Part shown: piece by piece, positions 1 to 13,307 of the stretch | How positions within the stretch are numbered: position 1 is the stretch's first letter | Layout: every line of letters begins with the position of its first letter | From: Eledone cirrhosa | Lineage: Eukaryota | Assembly (NCBI GenBank): GCA_964016885.1 | Contig: OZ024741.1 | Coordinates: forward strand, 315,704,001-315,768,000 | Direction: 5' to 3' | Length of the DNA stretch: 64,000 nucleotides | Notes under the pieces: generated by a model | What the model saw: only the letters and a program-made list of their open reading frames with translations | What the model was told of the DNA's origin: nothing | The model's database searches: none | Made by a program: the position numbers and the translations under genes

Positions 1-2136
1 CTCCCCTTCCCCATCACCTACCACCCCTCCACCATACCCCTCCACCGCACCATCCTCCGCCTCTTCCGACGCCTCCAGTCCGACGCCTCCACCTCCCACA
101 TCTTCCCAGCCCCACCACTCCCCTCCTTCAAACGCGCACGCAATCTCTGCACCTTCCTCGTCCACAGCTCCCCCCAACCCACGCTCTCCCCCTTCCGGTT
201 CCTTTCCCTGTTCTAGGCCCCGCTGCAACACCTGTCCCCACATCACCAACACCACCACCTTCCAGGGTCCCAACGGCCACTCTCTCTGTCCGGCATGCCT
301 TCCGCTGCACCTCCTCCAACCTAGTCTACGGACATCGCTGCACGGAGTGCAGCGCAACTTACGTCGGACAGACTGGACGTCGCCTGGCGGACAGATTTAC
401 TGAGCACCTCCGGGATATTCGTCTCACTGGTAGTTCCCCCATCGCCCGCCACTTTGGTGCCCCTGGACATTTCGCACACCACCTCACAGTCTGTGGCCTA
501 CTCCAATGCCACGGAACACCCGCCACTCTCCTAAGGGTCGAACAACGAACCATCTTCACCCTACAGACCCACACTCCCCCCGGCTTGAACTCCCCACCCT
601 TATTCCTTTAGCCTTCGACCGCCCCATCTCCCCCCACACATATCCCCCACTAACACCACTAACACACCCCTCCTTTTCACCGCTCACACCACAACTAATA
701 ATACTAACACCTCCACCCCACATCCGACCACCCTTCCCCAACTAACATACTAACATCCCTCCCTTCTTCTCCCCCCTCCTTATCACACGCACACACCCAC
801 CGGGACATATATACACGTGCTCACACTAAACACACACCCTACTACCACCACTAACCCTCACCCCCACACATCCGCCCCACCACCCCGCAACTAACATCAT
901 TAACACCCCCGACCCCAAGCACACGAACACACACCCCCACTTACACCACCCACTCTACACACCCTACCACCACTGACCCCCACTCACACCCGCATTCAAC
1001 CCTTTCTCCATCTCCAGTATACTAACACCCACTAACACCCCCTTCACCACACACACACACCAGTACACTACACTCCCTCCATCGGCCCCCACACCCTTCT
1101 CTCCCCGCTCCACCCACACCCTTTCTCAAACACACACACATCCTACTAACACCTCTACTAATACACACACACACCCTCCTCACTCCAACTTTCACACCTA
1201 CCCATCCTCTCCCCTGTCCACCGTACCTCCGCACACACTGACACACCGACTTTCTTCACTTACCATTCTACCCTACTGCTGCTATGCCTCTCTGACCACC
1301 TCCCCACACACACCGACACACAACCCTCCTCCTGCCTTAACCCTCTGACCACTTCCTGTTCCGCGCGCACCCCATATCTCCCCTCTTCCGACCAATCTCT
1401 TCACGGATTACACATATGTGAACCTTGATCCCGAGAATCTACCGCATCCCAAGGATTTTACTCAGCATTCCACCACATCCTTTTACGGAATTACCTTTAC
1501 GACTCACCCCCAAACATACACCCCAAAAAATGTTTTTCCCACACGCCATCTACATCCACAACACGCATAAACACCACACACACACGTGCGTACCACCACA
1601 TATTTACACATTCAGCCTCCGGAATCCTCTCCCCCCCACCCCTCTATCCACACACGCACACACACTCCGACCTACACCCCACCCCACACACACCTCTTCC
1701 TGAACATGCAACCCCGTTCTTCCCTCAACCCTTGCTTTCACATACACACACACACACACACGTACACCTACACACACACACCACCTTCAGCCCTCCCCGC
1801 CCGGACACCCCTTCTCCCTCTCCCCACTCCACCCGCCACCACCCCTACACCCCCCACACCCTTCCACCACCGGTTTTACCCCATTTTAATTTTATTTTGA
1901 TCATGCCTTTATTTTTAATTTCATTAGCACCGTTTCCTCTCACTCCCTTTTTGCTCTATGTCTCTCCAGCACTCCCCTACACACCCTTTGAACTCTCTTC
2001 CCACACACTTTTCACCTGAAGAAGGGCTTATGCCCGAAGCGTCGTTCCCCACCACCACCCCACTCTCAAGAGCGTGAAACTAATAAACCTTTGTTCGTAC
2101 TGCCTCTCTGCTTTGTTCCCGTTCAATATTTCACTA
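1..2136 (+). mobile_element. Neptune-type Penelope-like element, 3' part (RT thumb, Cys linker, GIY-YIG, long C/A-rich 3' region)
   Basis: Manual translation with 2 frameshifts (~190, ~281): ITYHP...FKRARNL; SFPCSRPRCNTC; FRCTSSNLVYGHRCTECSATYVGQTGRRLADRFTEH...IARHF...EQRTIFTLQTHTPPGLN. Ends in a hammerhead-like motif, AATAAA (2082) and (TA)n. Confidence 0.85.
2012..2046 (+). ncRNA. Degenerate minimal hammerhead ribozyme
   Basis: CTGAAGA-A-GGGC-ttat-GCCC-GAAG-CGTC; canonical GAAA is changed to GAAG and stem I is poor. Confidence 0.6.
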
Positions 2137-3029
2137 TATATATATATATATATATACATTTTTTTTTTCAACTTCGCTAGCTGTTTGTAAACAAAGCTCG
2201 CTTTGTGCTTCCCTATTTACACACACACGTACAAACACACATACACGCGCGTGCGCGCAACACACACACACATATATATATATATGTATATACATTGAAT
2301 TCCTATACTTCTTACTATTATCAATGTGACCCTACTTACTAAACAATTAATATAAATTAAAAATTATGTTAGGAACTATACATTGTCACATCCACCTACC
2401 CATATACTTAACAAGCAGCTTACTTATATTACAATTGGTAATTCAGTTCTATGGCATTATTATTAAAATTAAGTCCACTTAAGTTTTCTTTAATTGCATG
2501 TAAATGTAATTGTTTCTTTATTTTTTATTTTTTTGTTTACACTTAAGTACATAGAGATGTGCTAGTAACCCTGATATGACCCAGTATATACTGATATCCA
2601 AGGTCACCATCTAACTTAGAGTATGTAAAGATATTTTGGCATATATTGTAATTGAACACCAAATATTGAAGATTCGGACGCCCTTTTCATTTATGACCAG
2701 TTATAACGTTACACCGCTGTAAACGGTACCTTGTTAATACCTATCTTAAGCAGTATTTGGGAATAAACGTTATACGTTCAAACTAAATTGTTACGAAATG
2801 TTACCATTTTGTAAGTATAATATATACTTGTATGTGTTTGCATACATAAACTGTAATTAGAGCATGAAGACTTATATCTTACACATTAGGCTTTTGTTGC
2901 TTAAATGAAGTTGTATAATGCGAAATATTTAGGCTTTTCGCTGCATTGCTTCTGAATCTATCTCTCGTATTTGGCCTTTTAATTTATTTTCTGACTATCA
3001 CCTGATTTACTGAGTATTTTGGAACATGC

Positions 3030-3165
3030 ATTCCTCAGGTCTTGGCTGGTCACACTTGGGAATCCAGCCGGATCAGTTGGATATAGCTACTTCTGACAGG
3101 ACCAACTGGAAGGAGTGTTTGAGGACTCTGCCCCAACGACCCTCTCAATAATCAGTGGGCGGAGA
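3030..3165 (+). mobile_element. Possible RTE-like LINE 3' end fragment
   Basis: LGIQPDQLDIATSDRTNWKECLRTL* resembles the RTE ORF C-terminal DR..W motif; followed by (TA)n. Confidence 0.4.
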
Positions 3166-3172
3166 ATATATA

Positions 3173-3231
<59 letters not shown>

Positions 3232-3234
<3 letters not shown>

Positions 3235-3703
3235 GAATGAAACGAAATTTCATTTCTCACTCTTAGTACGGCCGATACCTAAATATGAGTATTTACACGT
3301 ACATACATATATGTGTACAGACGTACAGTAGAATGTATATTTATACATACATGCACACATAGATATATATATACATATATATATGTACGTATGGGTTTAC
3401 CGAACATTTATTATAATGCTCGGTTTGTTTGTAAACAAACACCCCGATATTACGCCGTACAGTGCTCGGCGACCATCGTCGCTCTTTTGTTCAACACTGA
3501 CGCAGAAACGATGAGTTGAACAAACGAGCAACGGTGGTTCCTAGACACTACGGCTTAATACGGGATGTTTGTTTACAAACACACCGAGCATTATAATAAA
3601 TGTTCGGTGAATCCATACGTGCATATATATATGTGTGCATGTATGTATATATATATACATACTACTGTACGTCTGTATACATATATGTATGTACGTATAC
3701 ATA

Positions 3704-3753
<50 letters not shown>

Positions 3754-4394
3754 TATGTACACGTACATACATATACGTACGTACAGTAGTATGTATTATA
3801 TATATATACATACATGGACACATATATATATGTATGTATGGATTCACCGAACATTTATTATAATGCTCGGTGTGTTTGTAAACAAATACCCCGTATTAAG
3901 CCGTAGTGTCGAGCAACCATCGTTGCTCGTTTGTTCAACACTGACAAAGGAACGCTGTACTAGTTTCAAGCTTATTAGCTATCGTCAGCAACGTATACCT
4001 TCCTGCCAGATTGCTGAGTAGCCCAATTTGCATATCGAGTGGGTTAATCGGCCGGGTGCACCGAAAACGATAAACGGAAAAAATGAAACGAAATTTCATT
4101 TCCCACTCTTAGTACGGCTGTTACTTAAATATAAGTATGTACACGTACATACATATATGTATACAGACGTACAGTAGTATGTATATATATATACATACAT
4201 GCACACATATATATATGTACGTATGGATTCACCGAATATTTACCATACGTACATATATATATGTGTGCATGTATGTATATATATATACATAATACTGTAC
4301 GTCTGTATACATATATGTATGTCCGTGTACATACTTATATTTAAGTAACAGCCGTACTAAGAGTGGGAAATGAAATTTCGTTTCATTTTTTCCG

Positions 4395-4397
<3 letters not shown>
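3232..4397. mobile_element. Two adjacent fold-back copies of non-coding hammerhead element family A in (TA)n
   Basis: Inversion centres at ~3505 and ~4242; homologous to 10387-10816; tandem junction ...CCGTTTAT|CGTTTTCGG at ~4070 on the minus strand. Confidence 0.85.
3952..3994 (-). ncRNA. Type I minimal hammerhead ribozyme (family A)
   Basis: acgttg-CTGACGA-t-agc-taataa-gct-t-GAAAC-TA-GTA-cagcgt; 6-bp stem I, palindromic ACTAGT stem III. Confidence 0.8.
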
Positions 4398-4464
<67 letters not shown>

Positions 4465-4468
<4 letters not shown>

Positions 4469-5357
4469 AAAGAATAGAGGTGTAACACACAAGTTATTAT
4501 ATATTGGTAAACGGAATAGAAAATGCTGACAAATTGTTCACAGTTGAAAAATGGTTTAATTAGGAATAAAAGAGTATTAATAATTGTTATTAATTAATAT
4601 TGGGTTAGTATTCAGTTGTGGTTTTAAGTTTTTAAGTTTTTACCGGTTGCGTTTTTAAATGCTTTTCAAAAATAATTTTGAGATAGAGTGTCCGTGTTGT
4701 TTGCTCTGATCTGATTAGTTTTGGGAATTCTACCTGTTTTTATGTTAAAAAAGTGGCTCCACACACACACACACACACTTATCTTAATAGCCATTTGACA
4801 CACATCCCTGCTAACCATTATCACCACATCGAACACCTTACTACTACTACTACACACACACACATATTTGTTGTGAAAGAGTCATTTCTCAGTCTTGGCG
4901 CAAAATCAATTTTTTGTTCACATGACCTCTACCGACCAATCAAAATTGTTTTGACCACAAGAATTTTTGCAAACACCAAGTAGCGCTGGAGCCACTTTTT
5001 TAACATAAAACCAGTCTTGGCGCAAAATCAATTGTTTACATTCACATGACCTCTACAGACCAATCAAAATTGTTTTGACCACAAGAATTTTTGCAACACC
5101 AAAGTAGCGCTGGAGCCACTTTTTTAACATAAAAACAGGTAGAATTCCCAAAACTAATCACATCAGAGCAAACAACACGGACACTCTATCTCAAAATTAT
5201 TTTTGAAAAGCATTTAGAAATGCGCAACCGGTAAAAACTTAAAAACTTAAAACCACAACTGAATTATAATAACCCATACAATTATTAATACTCTTTTATT
5301 CCTAATTAAACCATTTTTCAACTGTGAACAATTTGTCAGCATTTTCTATTCCGTTTA

Positions 5358-5362
<5 letters not shown>
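4465..5362. mobile_element. pLTR-only fold-back derivative of the Neptune element at 48107-52812
   Basis: Highly similar to 48107-48830 and 52190-52812; inverted arms; same 34-bp tail; flanked by (TA)n. Confidence 0.9.
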
Positions 5363-5439
<77 letters not shown>

Positions 5440-5507
5440 TAACAGATTAAAGTGTAAGCAAAGAATCGCTGCTTTCACTCTTAATGGGGTCTTCTGAAAC
5501 TTTTTAG

Positions 5508-5700
5508 GGCGGTATATTTGCAGTATCGTTAGAGTGTCGGGCGCCATGCTTTGTAGCATGGAGTTACGGGCCTTTTCGATCTGAGTTCAAATCCGGCCAA
5601 AGTTAACTTTGTCTTTCATCCTTACGGGGTCGATACATTAAAGTACCAGTAATGCACTAGGATAATTGCTGGCATTGTGCCAAAAGTAGAAACAATTATT
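5508..5700 (+). mobile_element. tRNA-derived SINE with Meta domain
   Basis: B box GAGTTCAAATCC; core ctttcatccttacggggtcgata..aagtaccag; tail AGAAACAATTATT. Confidence 0.85.
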
Positions 5701-5825
5701 TAATCAAATACGACGTTAGCACATGTTACTACCTAATTTTCAAATTCGCTAGCTGTTTGTAAACAAAGCCCGCTTTGTGTTTCCCTATTTATACACACAC
5801 ACACACACACGTACATACATACACG

Positions 5826-5878
<53 letters not shown>

Positions 5879-6206
5879 AGGTGGAGGAAAAATTGTATAT
5901 AGCTTTTTAAATTAACTGAATACTCGGATAAATTTATAATTGTTACTACATATGAAATAACACTTCTAATAAAATAAATAAATATGCGTAATAATTCATA
6001 AAATACTATAAAATAAAAAGCAGAGATGATGTCTGAGAAACCACTTCTTGTAGCACTTATTATAACAAGATTAAGTTTTATTTCAATTATTAAACCTGTT
6101 ATTCAAAAATACTACATTTCTGTCTACCTATTCCTGCACTAAAACTGTTACGAACATTACATTCACATCTGCGCTTATACATAGGCATACATTCGTATTT
6201 CGTAAT

Positions 6207-6262
<56 letters not shown>

Positions 6263-6569
6263 CGCCCACAAACATGCATACATAGATACGCGATTACGCT
6301 CTCGTATATCCATGTAAACAATCTTGTATACACATATGTATATGTATAATCACCCACATTTGCGGTATCCATATACATGCATATGGATATGCTTGCATAT
6401 ACACGTACACACGAACATACTCATACACATGCATATACAAATACATATATATGTCTGTATACATATACATATAGATATACATATACAAATATGTTCCAAC
6501 TACACGATTCATAATAGTGAAAAACAAATTTTAGAGCTTGAATTACAATGTTTTCAATTATAATAGCTA

Positions 6570-6790
6570 ATTAATCAGCTCCTCTAATTGTACCCCATCT
6601 GCTTGCTATTACTGTTTAGATCAATATCATCTGCTTGGCTACAGTATGGGACTGTAATGTATAAAGGTCTCATATATCTTGTGCTTAAAGCCGCAATCAG
6701 TTCGGAGTTTTTATTCAAGAGATGCCCATTAGTGTTGAGGATTTCTGGGGCTCAGCAACGTAGAGAACAGTCTTTTCTCTCATCATTATA
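6570..6790 (-). mobile_element. Degenerate Naiad-like Penelope C-terminal fragment
   Basis: CSLRC...LLNKNSELIA resembles the C.LC...LN.R.EL terminus. Confidence 0.4.
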
Positions 6791-6805
6791 AGATTTGTGT
6801 AAAAA

Positions 6806-7110
6806 GTGCGTGGCTTAGTGGTTAGTGTTTTTAGCTCACGATCTTAAGGTCGTGAGTTAGATTTCGATTTCCGGCGGTGCGTTTTATCCTGAAGCATTAT
6901 ACTTTATTTCAGGCTGCAAAAGTGCACACAGCTGGCAAAAATAAGTTGTACCTGTAATTGTAAGTGCCGGCATTTTCTCATTCTGTATCACGCTGAATCT
7001 CTCTGGGAAACACATTAACGGCATATGTATGGGGAATGTAAATTTCATGAGCAGGCGGTGCCGTTAATGAATCAACTGGAACACTCATCGTCGTAACTGA
7101 TGAAAGGCCA
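6806..7110 (+). mobile_element. Diverged tRNA-derived CORE-like SINE
   Basis: A box TGGCTTAGTGG, degenerate B box; head similar to 15835-16047. Confidence 0.65.
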
Positions 7111-7331
7111 ATATAAGTTCTATTTTTGCTGTAACCTATATCGATTGAATCTATCTTTCAAGCTCCAGATGTAGGCCGAAGGTGAAGTCATATACCTTTT
7201 AACTGGATTTAGAGAGATAAGGTTCGATATGGTTTACACTGCCTGATTTAGATTAACATTTTCCAAATTCTTCCTAAGTCAAACACTTTGTTTACACACG
7301 CGTGCGCGCATGTGTGTATATATATATCGCA

Positions 7332-7375
7332 TTCTTTCTTCTGATGAAGGACTAGCGTCCGAAACGTTAAAACCC
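7332..7375 (+). ncRNA. Minimal hammerhead ribozyme in a ~130-bp Penelope-tail remnant
   Basis: CTGATGA-A-GGAC-tagc-GTCC-GAAA-CG-TTA; palindromic AACGTT; stem I weak; downstream resembles 2040-2136. Confidence 0.7.
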
Positions 7376-7456
7376 TTTTCCTGCTATTTCAAGAGTTAAC
7401 CTAATATATTCCTTCCATATACTGTACCGATTGTGTTGTTATTTCTGTTTACCTTT

Positions 7457-7517
<61 letters not shown>

Positions 7518-7602
7518 GGAGGTGAGTTTTATTGTAGTACAATAAAGCAATGCAGATATCGGATAAGTAGCACTCTACAATTTGTAGGACTAGAGTATAA
7601 AT

Positions 7603-7762
7603 AATTGTTTCTACTTTAGGCACAAGGCCAGCAATTACCCAGTGCATTACTGGTACTTTATTTTATCGACCCCGTAAGGATGAAAGGCAAAGTCAACCTC
7701 GGCGGGATTTGAACTCAGATCGTAAAGGGACGTAACTATGCTGGAAAGCATGGCGTCCGACT
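7603..7762 (-). mobile_element. Meta-domain SINE
   Basis: Reverse complement of the 5508-5700 family. Confidence 0.85.
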
Positions 7763-7769
7763 GGAGTAT

Positions 7770-10385
7770 AAATAATATAAGATCAAAAGATGGTTAAAAG
7801 AGTTCCATGTATTTTATTATGCGCATTTCAAAAACAAATATCATCATGCGATGACATTTGCGTTTTCGTCAGATAAAATAGGGAGACATGATATGAAGGT
7901 TAAAAAACACTTGTGAATAGTGCAGTTTTAAATCAACATATGCAAAGTAATTTAAGATTGATGTGTGATATTGGGAAACAAATGAGGGGGGGGGGGAAGG
8001 ATGAAAAAGAGGAGGAGATGAGAGTAAAGAATGGTGGGGGAGGAGTATAATAAGGTAGGATGAGATAGGAGGAGAGATGGGTGATAGAAAGAAAGAGATA
8101 GCCTTTATAACTGAGAAAAATATATTGTTTTACAGAGAGGGGTTAAAAAGCCGTTGGAAGATAATATATAATTTAAAAGAATTTCAAAATTAATGAAGAG
8201 AAAAAAAATTATTAAGAATAATGTTAAATTAAGGTTTGTATATTGAATGGTTTAATAATATGTGCGATGAAAAGAAATTGTTCATATGTATTAAGAATAA
8301 TATTAAATTAAGGTTTGAATATTGAAGGGTTTAATAATATGTGCGATGAAAAGAAATTGTTGATATGTATTATTAAAATTAAAATATTAATGTTATTAAG
8401 AATATAATGTGAAAAGAAGTAGAAGAGTGGATGAATTAGGAATTTAGAGGAATTAGTTAGTGTTTAAGTTTGTTTTTATGTAATGTAATATGTATCGGTA
8501 ATATATGTAAATAGTTTGTTTACAAATGAGCGCAGAAAGCAAAGGAGATAGTGTTTAAGGAAGAGAAGACTCTAACATCAAAATATGTATGTTTATGAAG
8601 TATTTCCTAATGGTAATAATATAATGTAATAAAGGAGATTAGTTAGGGTTTAAGTTTGTTTTTATGTATTGTGATGTGTAATATGTAAAAGTTATACGAG
8701 CATGAAAGGGAGAAGAAAATAATGAATTGAGGATGAATAATCTAACGTAAAAAAAAATGTTTATGTTTACGAAGGATTTTTAAAGGTGATACTATAAAGT
8801 ATTTAAAAGGGTAATAGTAAGTTTTATGGCCAGTGATATGATGGAAGAAGGAAGAGTGGATATATTGTGGTGAGTAATAATGAGAATTGAGAAGTATCTA
8901 GGAGGAAAGGTACAGATTAGAGGTTAGAAATTAAAAGAAAAAAGGAAAAAAGGAAGAAAGGGAAGTGATAAATAGGAATGATATAGAATGAGTAACTAGT
9001 ATTATATAATGTATAATAAATAACATTGAAATAAGGTAGAAAGGTGAGTATATTTTTAAAGAAATATATATATATATATATGCCTTTGAGAAAAAGGATT
9101 TTAAATTGGTAAAGTATTAAATATTAGCTGTATACTTTATGGAATGTTCTGTGGAATTTATGCAAGCAGAGAGAAAATAAGTCAGTGCGTCTATTTATTA
9201 TAGAATCTAAATTAGATATAATGGTAAATTTCTTACATAAACAAAGATTACATGTTTTGGATAGAGAGGCATTCAAGTATGGAGAGGAAGAACAAACTAT
9301 CCTCCAATAGATGTTATAGTTAATATTTTGGCCTTTCAAGGACCATATGAGTTCTGAGAGTGCCGTGTTGGTTCTTTTAAGTTGGTATTTAAAAGAAGAA
9401 TGATGATTATAAAGACGAGCTTTAAAGGAGGTGGAAGTGGAACCAAAATAAGTAAAGGAATTGGTGTCAGTTATAACTTTACATTCATAGACTAAGTTTT
9501 TTTCAAGACAATGGTTGTTGAGAGGACATTTACTTTTAACAGGGCAATTACAATTGCGATTAGAGAAATTAACAGAGTTATTAACAAGTGACCTAGTGTT
9601 ATCTATAGGAGGAATTGGATTGGAGAAGTTATTTACGATAGGAATAATAGTTTCTTGATTTATATTGGTGTTAAGAACATTTAACGAAGTTGCGTTTGAC
9701 GTGGTATTTGGGTTTGCAGAAATTAGCCTAGAGTTAACAATGACGTCGGGAGTACTACTGCTATTATTATGATATTCAGTGTTGGAAGGAAGAGATTTAG
9801 TGTTTAGTATTTTATTGTTGTGTTTAGAGATAATGTTGGAGATGTTGGAAGAGGTGGAATAGGAAAATGTTATAGTATGTTTGTTAAATATTGTACTATA
9901 GATATGTGAGGGAGGGAAGCATTTATTTAAGGCACTAAAGAATAATTTAGGAATATTATTATTAATAGAGATGGAGAAAGGAGCATTATACCAGATTATA
10001 TTTTTGTATCTAGGTCTTTTATTAAAGTTATTGGAATGATCATGATTAATTATTTTACTGTAAGATGTTCTAGGATTGGTTTCTTTACTGTATTTGATTT
10101 TATCAGGATAACCGCCTTTAGAAAGCGCGTTATTATAGTAATTGGCATTAGCATCAAATATATTTTTATTAGATGATAGGTTTGATATTTTTTTCCAATA
10201 TTACTAACTATAGCATTTTTAATGTTAGTGGGATGGTTAGATTTACAATTAACATAATTTAGATTCTCATTGTGTCAAGATTAAGAGATATATCCAAGAA
10301 GTTAGCTAGTTTGATGTTGTTATCAAATTCAATTTTTAAGTTATGTTGGTTAAAGAGATCACGTATATTGTTGTTAATAATATTA
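7770..10385 (-). mobile_element. Naiad-type Penelope-like element, 5'-truncated (RT C-terminus, GIY-YIG, long 3' UTR)
   Basis: Manual translation: NFLDISL...KSNHP...KNIIWYNAPFS...CFPPSH...SYSTSSN...HNNKIL; CNCPVKSKCPLNNHCLEKNLVYEC...TYFGSTSTSFKARLYNHHSSF...TALSELIWSLK...CNLCL...NRRTDLFSLCLHK, stop at 9124. Confidence 0.88.
7810..7880 (-). ncRNA. Type I hammerhead ribozyme at the Naiad 3' end
   Basis: tattttat-CTGACGA-long stem II (caaatgtcatc/gatgatatttg)-GAAA-TGCGCA-TA-ataaaata; 8-bp stem I, palindromic ATGCGCAT. Confidence 0.85.
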
Positions 10386-10422
10386 ACGTTTTCGGTGCGC
10401 CCGGCCGATTAACTCACTCGAT

Positions 10423-10430
10423 ATGCAAAT
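10423..10430 (+). promoter_or_regulatory. Octamer motif ATGCAAAT
   Basis: Perfect octamer at the same relative position in families A (also 4026-4033, minus) and B (53800-53807; 53189-53196, minus); function is inferred. Confidence 0.55.
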
Positions 10431-10504
10431 TAGGCTGCTCAGCCGTTAATGTGCATAAGGAAAGTATATACTTTCAGCCGTTCAATCATCTGGCAGGAAG
10501 GTAT

Positions 10505-10547
10505 ACATTGCTGACGATAGCTAATAAGCTTGAAACTAGTACAGCGT
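10505..10547 (+). ncRNA. Type I minimal hammerhead ribozyme (family A)
   Basis: ttg-CTGACGA-tagctaataagctt-GAAAC-TA-GTA-cagcgt. Confidence 0.75.
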
Positions 10548-11060
10548 TCCTTTGTCAGTGTTGAACAAATGAGCAACGATGGTTGCTAGACACTACGGCT
10601 TAATTCGGGATGTTTGTTTACAAACACACCGAGCATTATAATAAATGTTCGGTGAATGCATACGTACATATATATATGTGTGCATGTATGTATATATATA
10701 TATACATACTACTGTACGTCTGTATACATATATGTATTTACGTATACATACTTATATTTAAGTAACAGCCGTACTAAGAGTGAGAAATGAAATTTCGTTT
10801 CATTTTTTCCGTTTATATATATATAACAGTAAGGAGAGAAATATGCATAAATATATGTTATCGATTTTAGGGGATATAAAATGATCAGGGTGATGAACAT
10901 ATTAAGGGAGAGGGAAAGAAAGAAAGGAATCAGTGAGGGGGAAGAGGGAGAGAAAAATGACAGAAAAGGGAACAGAGAAAGAGGTGAGTTGGCTTTTTCT
11001 TCCCTCTGTTCCCCTTTTGCTATTTTACAGCTTCCTTGACCCGAGTTTTCCAATTTTCCT

Positions 11061-11109
<49 letters not shown>

Positions 11110-12542
11110 GACAGAGAGAAGAGAGAGAGAGAGAGAGAGAGGGGGGGGAGAGATATTTAAAAAAAGGAAAAGAATGACTTCACTTGTAGTTCTAAGTAAT
11201 CTAATTTAGTTTTATAATATGATTTTGCAATTTGGTTTTGTAGATCTAGTAAGTTCTTTTTAAAGATTCCTGGTTAACCTTCCTTTTAGAACTGTTTCGC
11301 ATTCGTCGGTGGCGATTGTCAAACTGATCTCAGGTTGTGTTGTGATGTGTGACTCCATATATAAGAGGTATATATGTACAGAGCTGCAGACATTCAATTC
11401 AAATCGGTTTCTTGTTTGAGGATAACTTCCTTGTTTCGTTCGTCTCACCATCCACAGAATCATTTAAAAGGATCAAAGGATCTGCCCTACATTTGATAAA
11501 TGATTTAAAGACATCCGCCATGCCAATATAAATATCATCACTTTGAAGACCAAATAGATTTCTCAACATAAACAGAACGAGCAATGGCGGACAAAATTTA
11601 AATGTAAAATGCCTTCAGCAAGACACGAACCAGGAACCGCTGACCTTTCGGACAGTCATTGTTTACCACTTCATTGACTCGATAATGCAAAAATTAGAAT
11701 CCTTGACCGAACTGAATATCGATTTAGAACGTTGGATGGAGTAGATATGGTGGTGTTTATAGGAAAAGGGGTGGGACAATGGAGAGGAACCAAAGTTTTG
11801 TTCTAAATAACAGAGTGGTATTTATCTTGGAGTCATGATCTGTTTCATTCATTACAAATACCAATGACTACTATCATACCAGCATCATAACCATCAATCA
11901 CAGCAACTACCATATCTACATCAGCACCACACAGTCAATACCATCACACCCCAACCAATACTATACCACTATCATTATCCACAACATATCAGCACCACCT
12001 CCATACCAACACTCTTACAACCTGACCACAATTATCACCACCACTGTCATATCACCAATACATATTCAACCAATAAACACCCAAAATATCACAACCATAA
12101 TCGCTATCACTACCACCACCACCGTGACGTACATGCCACCTTTATAACACTACCACAAGGATGACCGCTATATATACACCAACCCTACAAAACCACTCTA
12201 TCAGGCCTATAATACATATACCACCGTGTCCCCCACGACAACCTCGCCACAAAACCACCGCACCAACCTCTATACCATCCCTACCATTACGCAAGCTATA
12301 ATATTCTAAAAGATATATCTGACAGACTGTTATTAAGATGGCAATTATTCGCACCAATACGCCAAGGATACATTGCCTGGAGCAACAGTAGCTGTGTGGT
12401 GGTGGAGTTTTTGGTATTGGTGTGCATAACAGTGGGATGTTTATATAGAGTGGTGTAATAGTAGTTTATATGTGTTTTTGCGTGTGACAGTGTAAGCAGT
12501 GTACACACATACACCATATATATTCTGATTCTCGATTATTTA

Positions 12543-12616
<74 letters not shown>

Positions 12617-12675
12617 TATGTATATATATATATGTCTGTGTGTATCTAATATATATATATATTATATATATATAT

Positions 12676-12780
<105 letters not shown>

Positions 12781-12956
12781 CATACATACATATATATATA
12801 TACATATAATAAGGGTTGACGGACCCACCATATTTATCAATGCCAGTACTGGTTGTATCTCAGCGCACTCAATGGGCAATGTAAGATACATTACCAGAGT
12901 ATACACATAGTTATTTGCCTCAACATAACACACGTAAATCGGGTGCCTATAAGGTT

Positions 12957-13066
12957 CCCGGGCTCGAGTTTCTGCAGCACTAATGCAGCAGTAAGGTGCA
13001 CTGCACCATCTGTCTGCATATATTATGCAACAATGCACAATCGGCTTATGCTGCTTCATCAGCGGG
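12957..13066 (-). ncRNA. Hammerhead motif with a large stem II insert, probably inactivated
   Basis: cccg-CTGATGA-a-gcagca...tgctgc-a-GAAAC-TCGA-GCC-cggg; GCC replaces GUC; lies in a ~290-bp insert in (TA)n. Confidence 0.7.
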
Positions 13067-13099
13067 TATCGCCTAATCAATAACAAATCGATCGACATA

Positions 13100-13133
<34 letters not shown>

Positions 13134-13307
13134 GAGAGATATAGATAGGTAAATATACACGGGTGTGTATGATTGTGTATAGAAGATTATATTAATAAGA
13201 GTAATTCCAACCTTGTCTGATTTACTCGTTTTATTTACAATCCTTTAAAATATATAATGGTATTATAAGGAAATAGTATGATAGAATATTAAATTCTAAG
13301 TGTTAAT

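Larger units (their letters stand above)
10387..10816 (+). mobile_element. Complete ~430-bp monomer of hammerhead element family A
   Basis: Starts CGTTTTCGG, octamer at 10423, hammerhead at 10505, terminal hairpin AAATGAAA-tttcg-TTTCATTT, then (TA)n. Confidence 0.85.

Noticed and set aside
6595-6640. Hammerhead-like CAGATGA..GCAA on the minus strand
   Set aside because: Both core boxes are mutated; cannot be supported
7096-7110. CTGATGA motif
   Set aside because: Inside a SINE tail with no stem II or GAAA box
9124-9570. Selenocysteine (UGA) recoding, known in some Naiad elements
   Set aside because: The conserved Cys positions I translated are TGT/TGC with no in-frame TGA; no SECIS recognised
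11160-11760. Unique-looking segment with short ORFs
   Set aside because: No recognisable motif or clean splice pair; left unannotated
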